Both the position numbers and the translations under genes were made by a program. The notes beneath the pieces are model-generated. The model was not told the origin of the DNA. It searched no databases and worked only from the letters and a program-made list of their open reading frames with translations. A stretch of DNA of 64,000 bases from Leptospirales bacterium. Its GTDB lineage: Bacteria > Spirochaetota > Leptospiria > Leptospirales > Leptonemataceae. The first letter of the stretch is position 1; each line of letters starts with the position of its first letter. The stretch lies in contig JAIBBM010000024.1 of assembly GCA_019694685.1 (NCBI GenBank), forward strand, positions 698-64,697, given 5' to 3'. Below, piece by piece: positions 47,190 to 55,736 of the stretch.

Positions 47190-49901
47190 ATGGGCGTGCG
47201 ATGGGGGCTGGCAGCATGGATCGTCTTGTTTGCCGGGGCTTTAAGCGCGCGCGAAACCAGAATCGGCGCCATTCAGCCATTCCAGTCTCCAGAAGAAAAA
47301 GGAGTAGAGAGCGGCGTGCGCGAAACACTGCGTAGATCTCTGCAAAATCTGGAGATCCAGGCAGAGGACACAGGCGAAAATAGACCAGACGGCAAAGGCG
47401 ACTATTTCGCCACTATCTATTACTCCAGAGGTGCTGCTGGAGCACTCAATCTCTATGGCCAGATTTATGATTCCGCAGAGAGCACTCTGATTGACGCTGT
47501 CAGCATCACAGATGAATCGATCCGTGGCGCGGGCATCGCTCTACCAGCAGAAGAAACACGCGGTTCAGATGAAGAGACAATTTCGCGCTTTGCAAATCGC
47601 ATGGCAGTGCGCATCAAAGGCAACCCGCGAAAGGTAGAAAGAACAGAAAACATCCAGGAATCTCTTCTATCTCTCGAAATAGGAAAAAAAATTCAGTTCC
47701 CGATTCGCAGGTCAGACACATCTGGAGAAGTCTTTCGCATGCTCGAAGACCAGAGAATCGTGACAGCAACCCGTCAGGCGACCAGAGTCAAAGAAGCACC
47801 GGCGGCAGTTCACGTAATCACAGAAGAGCAAATCAGGCAGAGGGGGTACCGTACTCTCACAGACGCATTGCATGACGCGCCTGGTTTTGATATCATTCAT
47901 GTTTACGGCATCTTTCCGGATCTAATTCACCAGAGAGGCCTTGTGGGAAACAATCAGAGAACTCTGGTCTATGTGGATGGAATTCTCGACAACAACCTGA
48001 CGGAAAACGGTGTGCTTGGCGGAACTCTGCGATTCCCTCTCTACAATGTAGAAAGAATTGAAGTCATCGGCGGACCTGCATCCGCACTCTACGGAGCCAA
48101 CGCATTCAACGGTGTCATCAACATCATCACCAAAGACGGAACCACGCCGGGTGGAGGAGTCCAGGCACTCGGAGGATGGAGCGAAGACAACTTTCACAAC
48201 CCTGGAGGCGGAGGATCCATCAGCGCACGTGGAACCACAGGAGATGCGGACTTACGATTCAGTTACAGCGCAGCTGCCACGTATTTAAAATCTGCGGGCC
48301 CTTACTTCGGAGACATCCAGCACCTGGACAAAAGAAATGCGAACGCAAATGACGCAGCCTACTACACTGAAACGCAATTCTGTGGTGGAGTGTGTAATCC
48401 GGATGCTAAATCGATTGGATACTGGTGGTCTAAATACTATGATTCTCCTGAAGACACATACAACATCACGGCGCGATTTTCTGCCGGTGGCTTCAGATTC
48501 GAGACAATCAACTGGCAATATCTGCAGGGAAACGGCACATTTTCCAACGGAACGCAACAAATAGACACGGATCGAATCAAAGGGTTTCGCGGCGCGTCCT
48601 GGGATTTTCGAAACAACAGCGCAAGCCTGGGATACCTCTACGCGATCAGCTCTAAAGTATCCCTCGACAGTGAGATCACAGCCAGACATACAGACGTGCT
48701 TAGCTCCAGTCACGACGAAGCGCCCAACAGTCCGGGCCCATACGCCTACTATAGACCGTACGATACTACACCTTCCTCCAATTACGAAAGACCGGACTAT
48801 GCATACGTTGCAAACGAAAGGCTGCTCTGGGAACAAACTCGCGGATCCAATCTCACTGTAGGCGTTGAATCTTCTTTTACAGTCGTGCCCACTGCGTATG
48901 GTTCCGCGCGAAGATTTAGATACGTCAACAATGCCGCCTATCTCCAGCAAATCTGGGGACCCTGGGAATGGCTGTCTCTGACAGCAGGATACCGCTATGA
49001 CTACAGCACCATCTACGGCGCGGCAAACACTCCGCGCATTGGAACTGTAATCACTCCAATGAAGGACCTGTCCATCAAACTGCTTGCTTCCAGCGGATTT
49101 CGCGCGCCCACAGCCTGGGAACTATTCAATGCAACGAATCAAAGAAAAGCAAACCCCGATCTAAAACCGGAAAGGCTGCGATCGTATGAGTTTGGAGTCG
49201 GCTATCGTTTCTTTCGGCGTTACTACGTATCCGTTCAGCAATACTACAACAGAATCAACAATCTACTCCTCGAAGTGCAAACGGCAGAGCCAAATCCAAA
49301 CCAGAGCGGCACAAACTGGAATCAAAACCAGAATGTAGGACGCGCCACGATTTACGGAACAGAAGTAGAAACCGACGTGCAAATCTCGAACTCTCTTGGA
49401 CTGTTCTTGAACTACACTTACAACCACGGCAAATACGAAGATCTGTCTTACTCACTCACTTCCTCTCCCTCCACAAGAGGTAGAACAGGAGACGATCCGC
49501 TCTTCGACGCCACAGCCGCCGCCGTGAAGCAGACTCTCGGTAGATCCATTGTGCCAGAGTCCGGTTCCATTCCAAACATAGCGCCTCACCATGCAAATGC
49601 AGGACTTACCTGGAAAATCTTGAAGAACGTCACCGCGTTCTTTGGCATCAACTATGTGGACATTCGTCGCACTGTGGCAACCAATCCAGAGAAGACTGTG
49701 CCCGGGTATACTATGGGAACCTTGAACCTCAGATGGGAAGATGCGTTTCTTTCTGGCCTCGATTTCTCCCTTCTGGTGCGAAACGCAGGCAATCAACAGT
49801 TCTTTGATCCTGGAATCCGGGCAGCCACTGGCTCCTACTATCCCACAGAGCATCCGCTAGAAAAAAGAAACATCTGGCTCACTGCCGGATACAGATTCTA
49901 A
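47190..49901 (+). CDS. TonB-dependent outer-membrane receptor with an approximately 190-aa N-terminal extension
   Basis: 903 aa. Signal peptide WGLAAWIVLFAGALSA. Plug: VTATRQATRVKEAPAAVHVITEEQIRQRGYRTLTDAL, IEVIGGPASALYGANAFNGVINIITK. C-terminal barrel ends LTAGYRF. Confidence 0.85.
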   Translation: MGVRWGLAAWIVLFAGALSARETRIGAIQPFQSPEEKGVESGVRETLRRSLQNLEIQAEDTGENRPDGKGDYFATIYYSRGAAGALNLYGQIYDSAESTLIDAVSITDESIRGAGIALPAEETRGSDEETISRFANRMAVRIKGNPRKVERTENIQESLLSLEIGKKIQFPIRRSDTSGEVFRMLEDQRIVTATRQATRVKEAPAAVHVITEEQIRQRGYRTLTDALHDAPGFDIIHVYGIFPDLIHQRGLVGNNQRTLVYVDGILDNNLTENGVLGGTLRFPLYNVERIEVIGGPASALYGANAFNGVINIITKDGTTPGGGVQALGGWSEDNFHNPGGGGSISARGTTGDADLRFSYSAAATYLKSAGPYFGDIQHLDKRNANANDAAYYTETQFCGGVCNPDAKSIGYWWSKYYDSPEDTYNITARFSAGGFRFETINWQYLQGNGTFSNGTQQIDTDRIKGFRGASWDFRNNSASLGYLYAISSKVSLDSEITARHTDVLSSSHDEAPNSPGPYAYYRPYDTTPSSNYERPDYAYVANERLLWEQTRGSNLTVGVESSFTVVPTAYGSARRFRYVNNAAYLQQIWGPWEWLSLTAGYRYDYSTIYGAANTPRIGTVITPMKDLSIKLLASSGFRAPTAWELFNATNQRKANPDLKPERLRSYEFGVGYRFFRRYYVSVQQYYNRINNLLLEVQTAEPNPNQSGTNWNQNQNVGRATIYGTEVETDVQISNSLGLFLNYTYNHGKYEDLSYSLTSSPSTRGRTGDDPLFDATAAAVKQTLGRSIVPESGSIPNIAPHHANAGLTWKILKNVTAFFGINYVDIRRTVATNPEKTVPGYTMGTLNLRWEDAFLSGLDFSLLVRNAGNQQFFDPGIRAATGSYYPTEHPLEKRNIWLTAGYRF

Positions 49902-49910
49902 AGAGAACTC

Positions 49911-51425
49911 TTACTCTTGAAGTTTTCTCAGAGCGTCTCGCTTACGCACTGCTATGCGAAGGTATTCCTGAGCTTCTCGGTTCCCTGGTTCGATCAATAG
50001 AATATTCTCAAAAGTCTTCACTGCCCGGTCAAACTCTCGCGCATTGTAATCCGCAATCCCCAGTTTGAGGTCCTCTGCCAGGCGCTGCTTCTGCCTGGCG
50101 CGAACTCCGTCCAGTGCCATGGCAGCACGAGTGTTGTTTGGCATGTATTGTACTGCAGAACTGTAAAACCTGGCTTTGTCATACGGATCGACTGCCGCGT
50201 CTCCGCGAGCGCGGTACTGTTCACTGATTCCGAGTTTCGCTTCGTCCAGGCCGGCCATCGCTTCTTGATTTCCAGCATTCACGCTGAGAACGTTTTTATA
50301 TTCCTGGATCGCTCTTTCAAAATTCTTTGCGGCCAGGTACTGGCGCGCGGATTCCATCATTTGCCTGGTTTGCGCGCCGCTCTGCCTTTCTACAATGGCG
50401 TCCCTGTAACGTTTCGCGGCCGCGTCATCGGGCGCTTTCTTCAAGATGGCATCAAAAACAATCAGTGCCGACTTTGGTTTACCCTCATTCATCAAGTTGA
50501 CGGCTGATAGAAACAATCTAGTGCGACTGGCAGTCTCTTTGACTGATTGCGGAATCGTCAGACCGGACTCTTCCGCATAACGCTCGTTTAACGAGAAATA
50601 CGCCTGATCCGGGAAAACGACTCTGCGCGGCCCACATCCTTTCCCCTGAAGAACAGTACCTGCCATCTCTGCCGTCACACGCCCGATGCGAGTGTAGTCT
50701 GGACGCAATGAGAACGTCGCACCTGCTTGCATAAGAGATGAGAACGAAGTCATCAGCACAATCTTGTTCTTCTTGCAGAAGTCAGAAACAATCTGAAATT
50801 GTTCGCTGTCATAAAGGGCATCTGGCACTAGATAAAAAGCGTCCGCTTTCCCCTGGATACTTTCGAGAGCTCGCGGAAGCTCCGATTTGCCAGAAAGTCT
50901 GCGCTTGTGATATTCAACGCCCAACTGCAAATCCAGATACTCCCCTTCAGAGGCTGCAAATTCGCCTTCAGGCGTGGAATAAAATGCATACACGTTACGT
51001 GCGGAAGGCGAAAGCTCGCGAAGAGACTTGAAGAATTCAGAAAGGGATACGTCCATACTTGTGCCGCACACGTCGGGCCTGGAAGCAACACCGACCGCGC
51101 GCGGACTCGATACCATGGAAAAGACGATCTTGCTTCCGTGGCCTTCCGCAAGCGCAAGCTGCGTTGCCTTGGATCCGATGGTCACAATGAGATCTGCATC
51201 TGATCTTTCTGAAAAAAACCGCGCTGGATCTGGAAGGGCATCCACATACACTGGTTGATCAATTTGTGCAAGCCCCGGATCAAACGAAGAATAGAAACCT
51301 GTCAGTGCATCCGCATAGATGCCAGTGTCAGAAGATACGATGACTGCAATGTGCCTGCGCTCCGCAATCAACCCGGCCGCGCACAACATCGCGGCAGTTA
51401 GAATGCATGCATAGACGCGAATCAT
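49911..51425 (-). CDS. Exported ABC-type substrate-binding-like (ABC_sub_bind-like) domain fused to TPR repeats
   Basis: 504 aa with a signal peptide (ACILTAAMLCAAG). The N-terminal roughly 290 aa follow the periplasmic binding-fold pattern (HIAVIVSSDTGIYADALTGF, LIVTIGSKATQLA, KADAFYLVPDALY, DYTRIGRVTAEMA). The C-terminal half has TPR-like helices. The start forms an ATGA overlap with the upstream stop. Confidence 0.6.
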   Translation of the reverse strand: MIRVYACILTAAMLCAAGLIAERRHIAVIVSSDTGIYADALTGFYSSFDPGLAQIDQPVYVDALPDPARFFSERSDADLIVTIGSKATQLALAEGHGSKIVFSMVSSPRAVGVASRPDVCGTSMDVSLSEFFKSLRELSPSARNVYAFYSTPEGEFAASEGEYLDLQLGVEYHKRRLSGKSELPRALESIQGKADAFYLVPDALYDSEQFQIVSDFCKKNKIVLMTSFSSLMQAGATFSLRPDYTRIGRVTAEMAGTVLQGKGCGPRRVVFPDQAYFSLNERYAEESGLTIPQSVKETASRTRLFLSAVNLMNEGKPKSALIVFDAILKKAPDDAAAKRYRDAIVERQSGAQTRQMMESARQYLAAKNFERAIQEYKNVLSVNAGNQEAMAGLDEAKLGISEQYRARGDAAVDPYDKARFYSSAVQYMPNNTRAAMALDGVRARQKQRLAEDLKLGIADYNAREFDRAVKTFENILLIEPGNREAQEYLRIAVRKRDALRKLQE

Positions 51426-52627
51426 TTTGCCACCCGCAGCCCGGCCGCCTGAGGAATCTCAATGCACACCATGGTCAAATCGTCTGGAAGGCGATCTGAC
51501 CCTGCAAATTCGCGGCGATATTCCAGCATACCCTGCACTACTGTCTGAGGAGTAGTGCCCGGTTTCAAACGAAGCCTGTCTGCGATCTGAAGCAAATCGA
51601 TCACGTCTCCTTCTGCATTGACGCTTTCAATGAGACAATCCGTGTAGATGAAGATTCGATCTCCTTCAAACATTTGAAATGGCACTGAGTGATATTCGAT
51701 GTTGCGAAACACACCCAGCATGGGCTGCTCTGTAAAAAGAAGTTCCACCTGTCTGGACGAATCGGCGGGAACGTACAGAACCGGAGGATGCCCTGCAGTT
51801 AAGTATTCCAGACGATGATTTGAATCAATATGAACGGCGCATGCAGTCAGAAAGTAATTGGAATGAGTGAGTTCGCACAAATCGCGATTCGCAGCTTTCA
51901 CAAGCTCTGCCAGATCCATTTTGCCAGAACTGGCTTCCTCGAATCTTCTTTTGAAAATTGACTTCGCAGCAATGGAGATGAGACTGGAAGCAACTCCGTG
52001 TCCCATCACATCAGCAATCACCACCCACGTGCCGTTCTCTGACTCAAAAAATTCCCACATGTCCCCGCCAAGCTCTGTCATTGCCTGGTAGGTTCCGAAA
52101 ACGTTTACAAGAGTATGCTTCTCGAAGTCCTGCGAAAGGATTTGCGCCTGCACTGCGTGTGCAACCTGGAGCTCTCCTTCTAGAATCTGCTTTTGTCTTT
52201 CGAGCTGTCTGTTCTGCTTTTCAATCGTCGCAAGCGCGTCTTCTAGATCTGTTGTGACGCGGATGAACTCGTCGTAGCCCGCCTGGAACGCTTCTGCATC
52301 TTCCCGCGTTTCAGTGACGTCCTGAACGCTGAGCAAAGTTCCGTGCGAAGGAATGTTTCTTTTTAAAAAGCGAATATGACGAATCGAACCGTCCGCGCCG
52401 CTTGCATCAAGGCCGCTGGATACGGGAGCCTGGCTTTCAAGAAAGCTGCGAAACTTCTTTCTTGCTTTTTCATCGAAGACTCTTTCTTCCCAGACGCTGT
52501 CACCCAGATCGGAAGCAGTGATTCCCAGCAGCTTCTCTGCCGCCGGGTTCATGGCCATTAGTTTACCGTCTCGCAGAACCAGTTCCGCGGAAGGCGACTC
52601 CTGCCATAAATCCCGGACGTCTACCAT
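51422..52627 (-). CDS. Cytoplasmic PAS + PP2C/SpoIIE protein-serine phosphatase (RsbU/RsbP-like)
   Basis: PAS-like N-terminus (LVLRDGKLMAMNPAAEKLLG), coiled coil, then PP2C motifs ELGGDMWEF, VIADVMGHGVASS, YLTAGHPP, IYTDCLIE, DDLTMVCIE. The ATG at 52627 shares one nucleotide with the upstream TGA. Confidence 0.85.
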   Translation of the reverse strand: MVDVRDLWQESPSAELVLRDGKLMAMNPAAEKLLGITASDLGDSVWEERVFDEKARKKFRSFLESQAPVSSGLDASGADGSIRHIRFLKRNIPSHGTLLSVQDVTETREDAEAFQAGYDEFIRVTTDLEDALATIEKQNRQLERQKQILEGELQVAHAVQAQILSQDFEKHTLVNVFGTYQAMTELGGDMWEFFESENGTWVVIADVMGHGVASSLISIAAKSIFKRRFEEASSGKMDLAELVKAANRDLCELTHSNYFLTACAVHIDSNHRLEYLTAGHPPVLYVPADSSRQVELLFTEQPMLGVFRNIEYHSVPFQMFEGDRIFIYTDCLIESVNAEGDVIDLLQIADRLRLKPGTTPQTVVQGMLEYRREFAGSDRLPDDLTMVCIEIPQAAGLRVAK

Positions 52628-52995
52628 CAAATCCCTCGAACAGATGTGTACTTTGACTTTCGCGCAATCACATCAAGGGCACGAAAGGAAGCTGACTGAA
52701 CTTTTCTATTGGAATCGTACACGAACTCACCCTGAATCTTTTTGTCTGCCAGAGTGCGAAGAAGAGCAATCAGAGGAGGAATACTTGCTGAATTCATATA
52801 TTCCAGAGGCACGAAGTTGCACTTCACTCCAAGCTTTGCTTTAAGTGCCTCTGCGATCACCTGCTCGAAATAAGGATCCAGCACATCTTCTGGATTGGGG
52901 GCATGCATGGCACCTTTCCAGTTCAATTCGATATTCGAACCGCTGACGACTGCTTCGATTTCGAAGTCCTGCATGGTCAAATTCGAAAGAGCCAT
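52627..52995 (-). CDS. SiaC/DUF1987-like small regulatory (phospho)protein
   Basis: 122 aa. IELNWKGAMHAPNPEDVLDPYFEQVI ... VKCNFVPLEYMNSASIPPLIALLRTL ... GEFVYDS follows the DUF1987 pattern: G.S.PEN..FY.PV, then L.Y.N(T/S)SS, then W.YD. Pattern recognition only. Confidence 0.55.
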   Translation of the reverse strand: MALSNLTMQDFEIEAVVSGSNIELNWKGAMHAPNPEDVLDPYFEQVIAEALKAKLGVKCNFVPLEYMNSASIPPLIALLRTLADKKIQGEFVYDSNRKVQSASFRALDVIARKSKYTSVRGI

Positions 52996-53462
52996 TATGC
53001 ATTCTCCAGCGGCCGGCGGGCCAGAATCGTCACGCTTTCGCCGTCAATATCAGCACTGAGATGGTACTCTCCTTCGTACGCTATGCGATACAATCCCATC
53101 CGGCTGTGCCCGTCGGGATCTTCCTTCAACTGTTCCAATCGTGCTACATACAATTCAAAAGGATCTCCGTCGCGGATACGATCAATGACCGAGCGAAGAG
53201 CGTCTTTGTTCTGGGCGTTCTTACTATAGTTCTTCACGCGAAAGGCACAATATCCGGCCTGCGAATCAAATGAGAATTCAACGGGTCGTCCTGAATCAGA
53301 GTCGGTGTATTTCAAAGCGTTCTCAAGCAACTCAATGGCGGTGACTGTGGTCTGCTCGAGGAAATCTTTGCTGAGTCCTTTGAGAGCAGGATCCGTTTGC
53401 AGAGATTCTTTGATCTTCTTGATCACGTTCCATTCTGGTTCAATTGTAAGCGAAAATGACAT
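52995..53462 (-). CDS. Small GHKL-type serine kinase-like protein (SiaB / anti-sigma-kinase-like)
   Basis: 155 aa. N-box-like AIELLENALKYT. Glycine-rich lid-like HSRMGLYRIAYEG. It sits between a PP2C gene and the DUF1987-like gene, with a 1-nt gap and a 1-nt overlap respectively. Confidence 0.5.
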   Translation of the reverse strand: MSFSLTIEPEWNVIKKIKESLQTDPALKGLSKDFLEQTTVTAIELLENALKYTDSDSGRPVEFSFDSQAGYCAFRVKNYSKNAQNKDALRSVIDRIRDGDPFELYVARLEQLKEDPDGHSRMGLYRIAYEGEYHLSADIDGESVTILARRPLENA

Positions 53463-53463
53463 A

Positions 53464-55020
53464 TTACTTCTCCCGCCGAATCATGGCGAAAGTGATATCG
53501 TCGGCTGGCCTGAGCCCCCCTGTATGCGCACGCAAGCTGTTCATGATTCGCTCTTCCAGGCCGGCCAGATCCGAGGTTCCGTGCTTACGCACGATCTCCT
53601 CTATTTTTTCCTGACCGAACATTTCTTTTTTCCCATTCATAGATTCTACGAGGCCATCCGTAAACAAGAAAAGGAGATCCCCCACAGACAGCTTGAACTT
53701 GCCCGCGCGCATGTCCTTTTTGACGCCAGCGTCCACCCCCAGCCAGAAACCATCTGTCGGAACCACTTCCAGCTTCTTGCCGGCGGCCCTGTAGATCAAT
53801 GCATCCTGATGGAGACCGGCAAAAGAGAAATTCCCTTTTGCATCCGCGCGATAAAACGCGGCAGTCATGTATTTCCTTTCCCTCAATCGTCGAATATTGG
53901 CGAATAGAACGTCGTTCACATGCATGAATGCCTGCGAGGGCTCAAGGTCTGGCGAAACTTCCATAGTAGAATGAATGGCAGTCTGCGCCATGAGCATGGT
54001 TAGACCTGCGCGAAGACCGTGACCTGAAACATCTCCGATGAAAAACCAGAATCTGGGCGAGCGCCCGTCTATGTGTATGACATCCACATAATCTCCGCCC
54101 ACTTCATCTGCAGTCTGCATGAAGCCTCGAAACGAATAAGGGCCGACCTTTTGCGGCTCTGGAATCATGGCCACTTGAATGCCCTGAGCAATCTCAAGCT
54201 CTCGCTTGATGGCTGCCTGCTCCGTCTTGAGTCTCTCCGAATCCTTCAAACTGCGCGACATGTGATTGAAGGTTGCGCCCAGCTGTCCGATTTCTCCTGC
54301 AGTCGTGATCTGAACTGTAACGCCGAGTTCCCCGCCCGCGATCCTCTCCGCCGCGGATGCAAGCGATTCGATGGGTCTCGATAACCTTCCTGAAATGAGA
54401 AATGCAAATACAAGTGAACCCAGAAGCAAGAAGACAGAGACAAACAGGATGGAGTTGCGAACCTCAACGATGGGCGCGTAGATTACTTTTGTATCAAACT
54501 CAAAAACAACCGTGCCCAGACGAATCGGATCCGCGTGTGCCGGAACAAAAAAGAGAGGGAATGCAAATCGAAGGATGCCCGCTACTTCTCTGTATTGCAG
54601 ATTGTTGATAGAATTCAAGTATGCCAGATCTTGCGCCGGGATTTCATCCGATGAATGATTTTCACCTGAATGAGCAATGATTCGGCCGTATGTGGGGCTC
54701 TTCTTCCTGGGCGAGCTTTTCTGACTCACAACGTACGCGGCGAGAAATCCAGCGGGCCCTGAGCTTTTGACTGCACGAACCGCTTCTTTCGTAGAAGTGA
54801 ATACGTCATCGTTTAGTAGCAGCTCGTCCTGAGCCTGCGCCACAACGTTGATGGATAGATTGCGACAAACATCGAGTGTCTTTTCGATCAGGATCTTCTG
54901 GTACTGGAAGATCACCACAAAGGAAAGTGCCAGAACAGAGAAGCTTACGATGCCGGAGGTCAGGATCATCAGGCGAACGCGGATCTTGAGTCTACCGCGC
55001 AGCGTTGAAAACAGCCCCAT
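53464..55020 (-). CDS. Membrane sensor PP2C/SpoIIE phosphatase with HAMP (SiaA/RsbU-like)
   Basis: 518 aa. TM1 VRLMILTSGIVSFSVLALSFVVIF, a roughly 150-aa outside region, TM2 ILFVSVFLLLGSLVFAFLI. HAMP: AGEIGQLGATFNHMS. PP2C: EVGGDYVDV, FFIGDVSGHGLRAGL, FAGLHQ, LFTDGLVE, DDITFAMI. Confidence 0.85.
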   Translation of the reverse strand: MGLFSTLRGRLKIRVRLMILTSGIVSFSVLALSFVVIFQYQKILIEKTLDVCRNLSINVVAQAQDELLLNDDVFTSTKEAVRAVKSSGPAGFLAAYVVSQKSSPRKKSPTYGRIIAHSGENHSSDEIPAQDLAYLNSINNLQYREVAGILRFAFPLFFVPAHADPIRLGTVVFEFDTKVIYAPIVEVRNSILFVSVFLLLGSLVFAFLISGRLSRPIESLASAAERIAGGELGVTVQITTAGEIGQLGATFNHMSRSLKDSERLKTEQAAIKRELEIAQGIQVAMIPEPQKVGPYSFRGFMQTADEVGGDYVDVIHIDGRSPRFWFFIGDVSGHGLRAGLTMLMAQTAIHSTMEVSPDLEPSQAFMHVNDVLFANIRRLRERKYMTAAFYRADAKGNFSFAGLHQDALIYRAAGKKLEVVPTDGFWLGVDAGVKKDMRAGKFKLSVGDLLFLFTDGLVESMNGKKEMFGQEKIEEIVRKHGTSDLAGLEERIMNSLRAHTGGLRPADDITFAMIRREK

Positions 55021-55063
55021 GGCCAGACCATGACTCCCCCGGCGGGCGCTGACAAGTAATTAC

Positions 55064-55681
55064 TTATTCGATTTCGAAAACGATCGCGGAAGATGCCTGC
55101 GAAATGCCGGACGCCTTGAGCTGCCCCAGGGCCTCATGGGCCGCGCCCGGGTCTGCGAAACAGCCCAGGAACAGATTCTCCCTGTCCTGTCCCTTCACCG
55201 CGATGCGAAAGGCCAGGCCTCTTTCAGACTGTTCCTTGAGTCCTTTGCATGGAGCAGGTGGAATAGACTTAAGCTCCGGGACTTTTGCGATGCGACGTGC
55301 GATGCGGTCCGCGTCCGCAGAGGGAAAAGTGCCCACCTTGATCAAATAACGCGATGGAGAAGAGTCGGACATTTTTGCCGGTTCTTCCGATGGCTCAGTG
55401 CCCACTCTCGTAGACCTTTCGGACGCAGGTTCCTCGGGGTCCGTTGATTTCTCAGAACTACGGGATTCGGAATGTGAGGTAGCCTTGTCAGGGAATCGCA
55501 CGAGGCTGTCTGTGCCCCGCACTCTCATGATCTGGACGCCGGCTGCAATGCCCACCGTGAACGCCAGAATGCAAAGCGCAAATGTGGTTACGACCGCTCG
55601 ATTCTTAATACCCGATGTGGAGCCTTCGCTTTCCACGAGAGGTTCGCGGCGGATCTTGCGTGAGAAATCGATATTCTGCAT
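55064..55681 (-). CDS. Membrane-anchored SPOR-domain protein
   Basis: I prefer the start at ATG 55681 (MQNIDFSRKI). TM: VVTTFALCILAFTVGIAAGV. A low-complexity S/E/P linker follows. The C-terminal YLIKVGTFPSADADRIARRI ... AFRIAVKG...LFLGCFADPGAAHEAL looks like a SPOR fold. Confidence 0.6.
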   Translation of the reverse strand: MQNIDFSRKIRREPLVESEGSTSGIKNRAVVTTFALCILAFTVGIAAGVQIMRVRGTDSLVRFPDKATSHSESRSSEKSTDPEEPASERSTRVGTEPSEEPAKMSDSSPSRYLIKVGTFPSADADRIARRIAKVPELKSIPPAPCKGLKEQSERGLAFRIAVKGQDRENLFLGCFADPGAAHEALGQLKASGISQASSAIVFEIE

Positions 55682-55736
55682 CTCGTTATATGGAAAATAT
55701 CGGTCAGTTTGACAAAACACACCGAAAATTTCAAAG

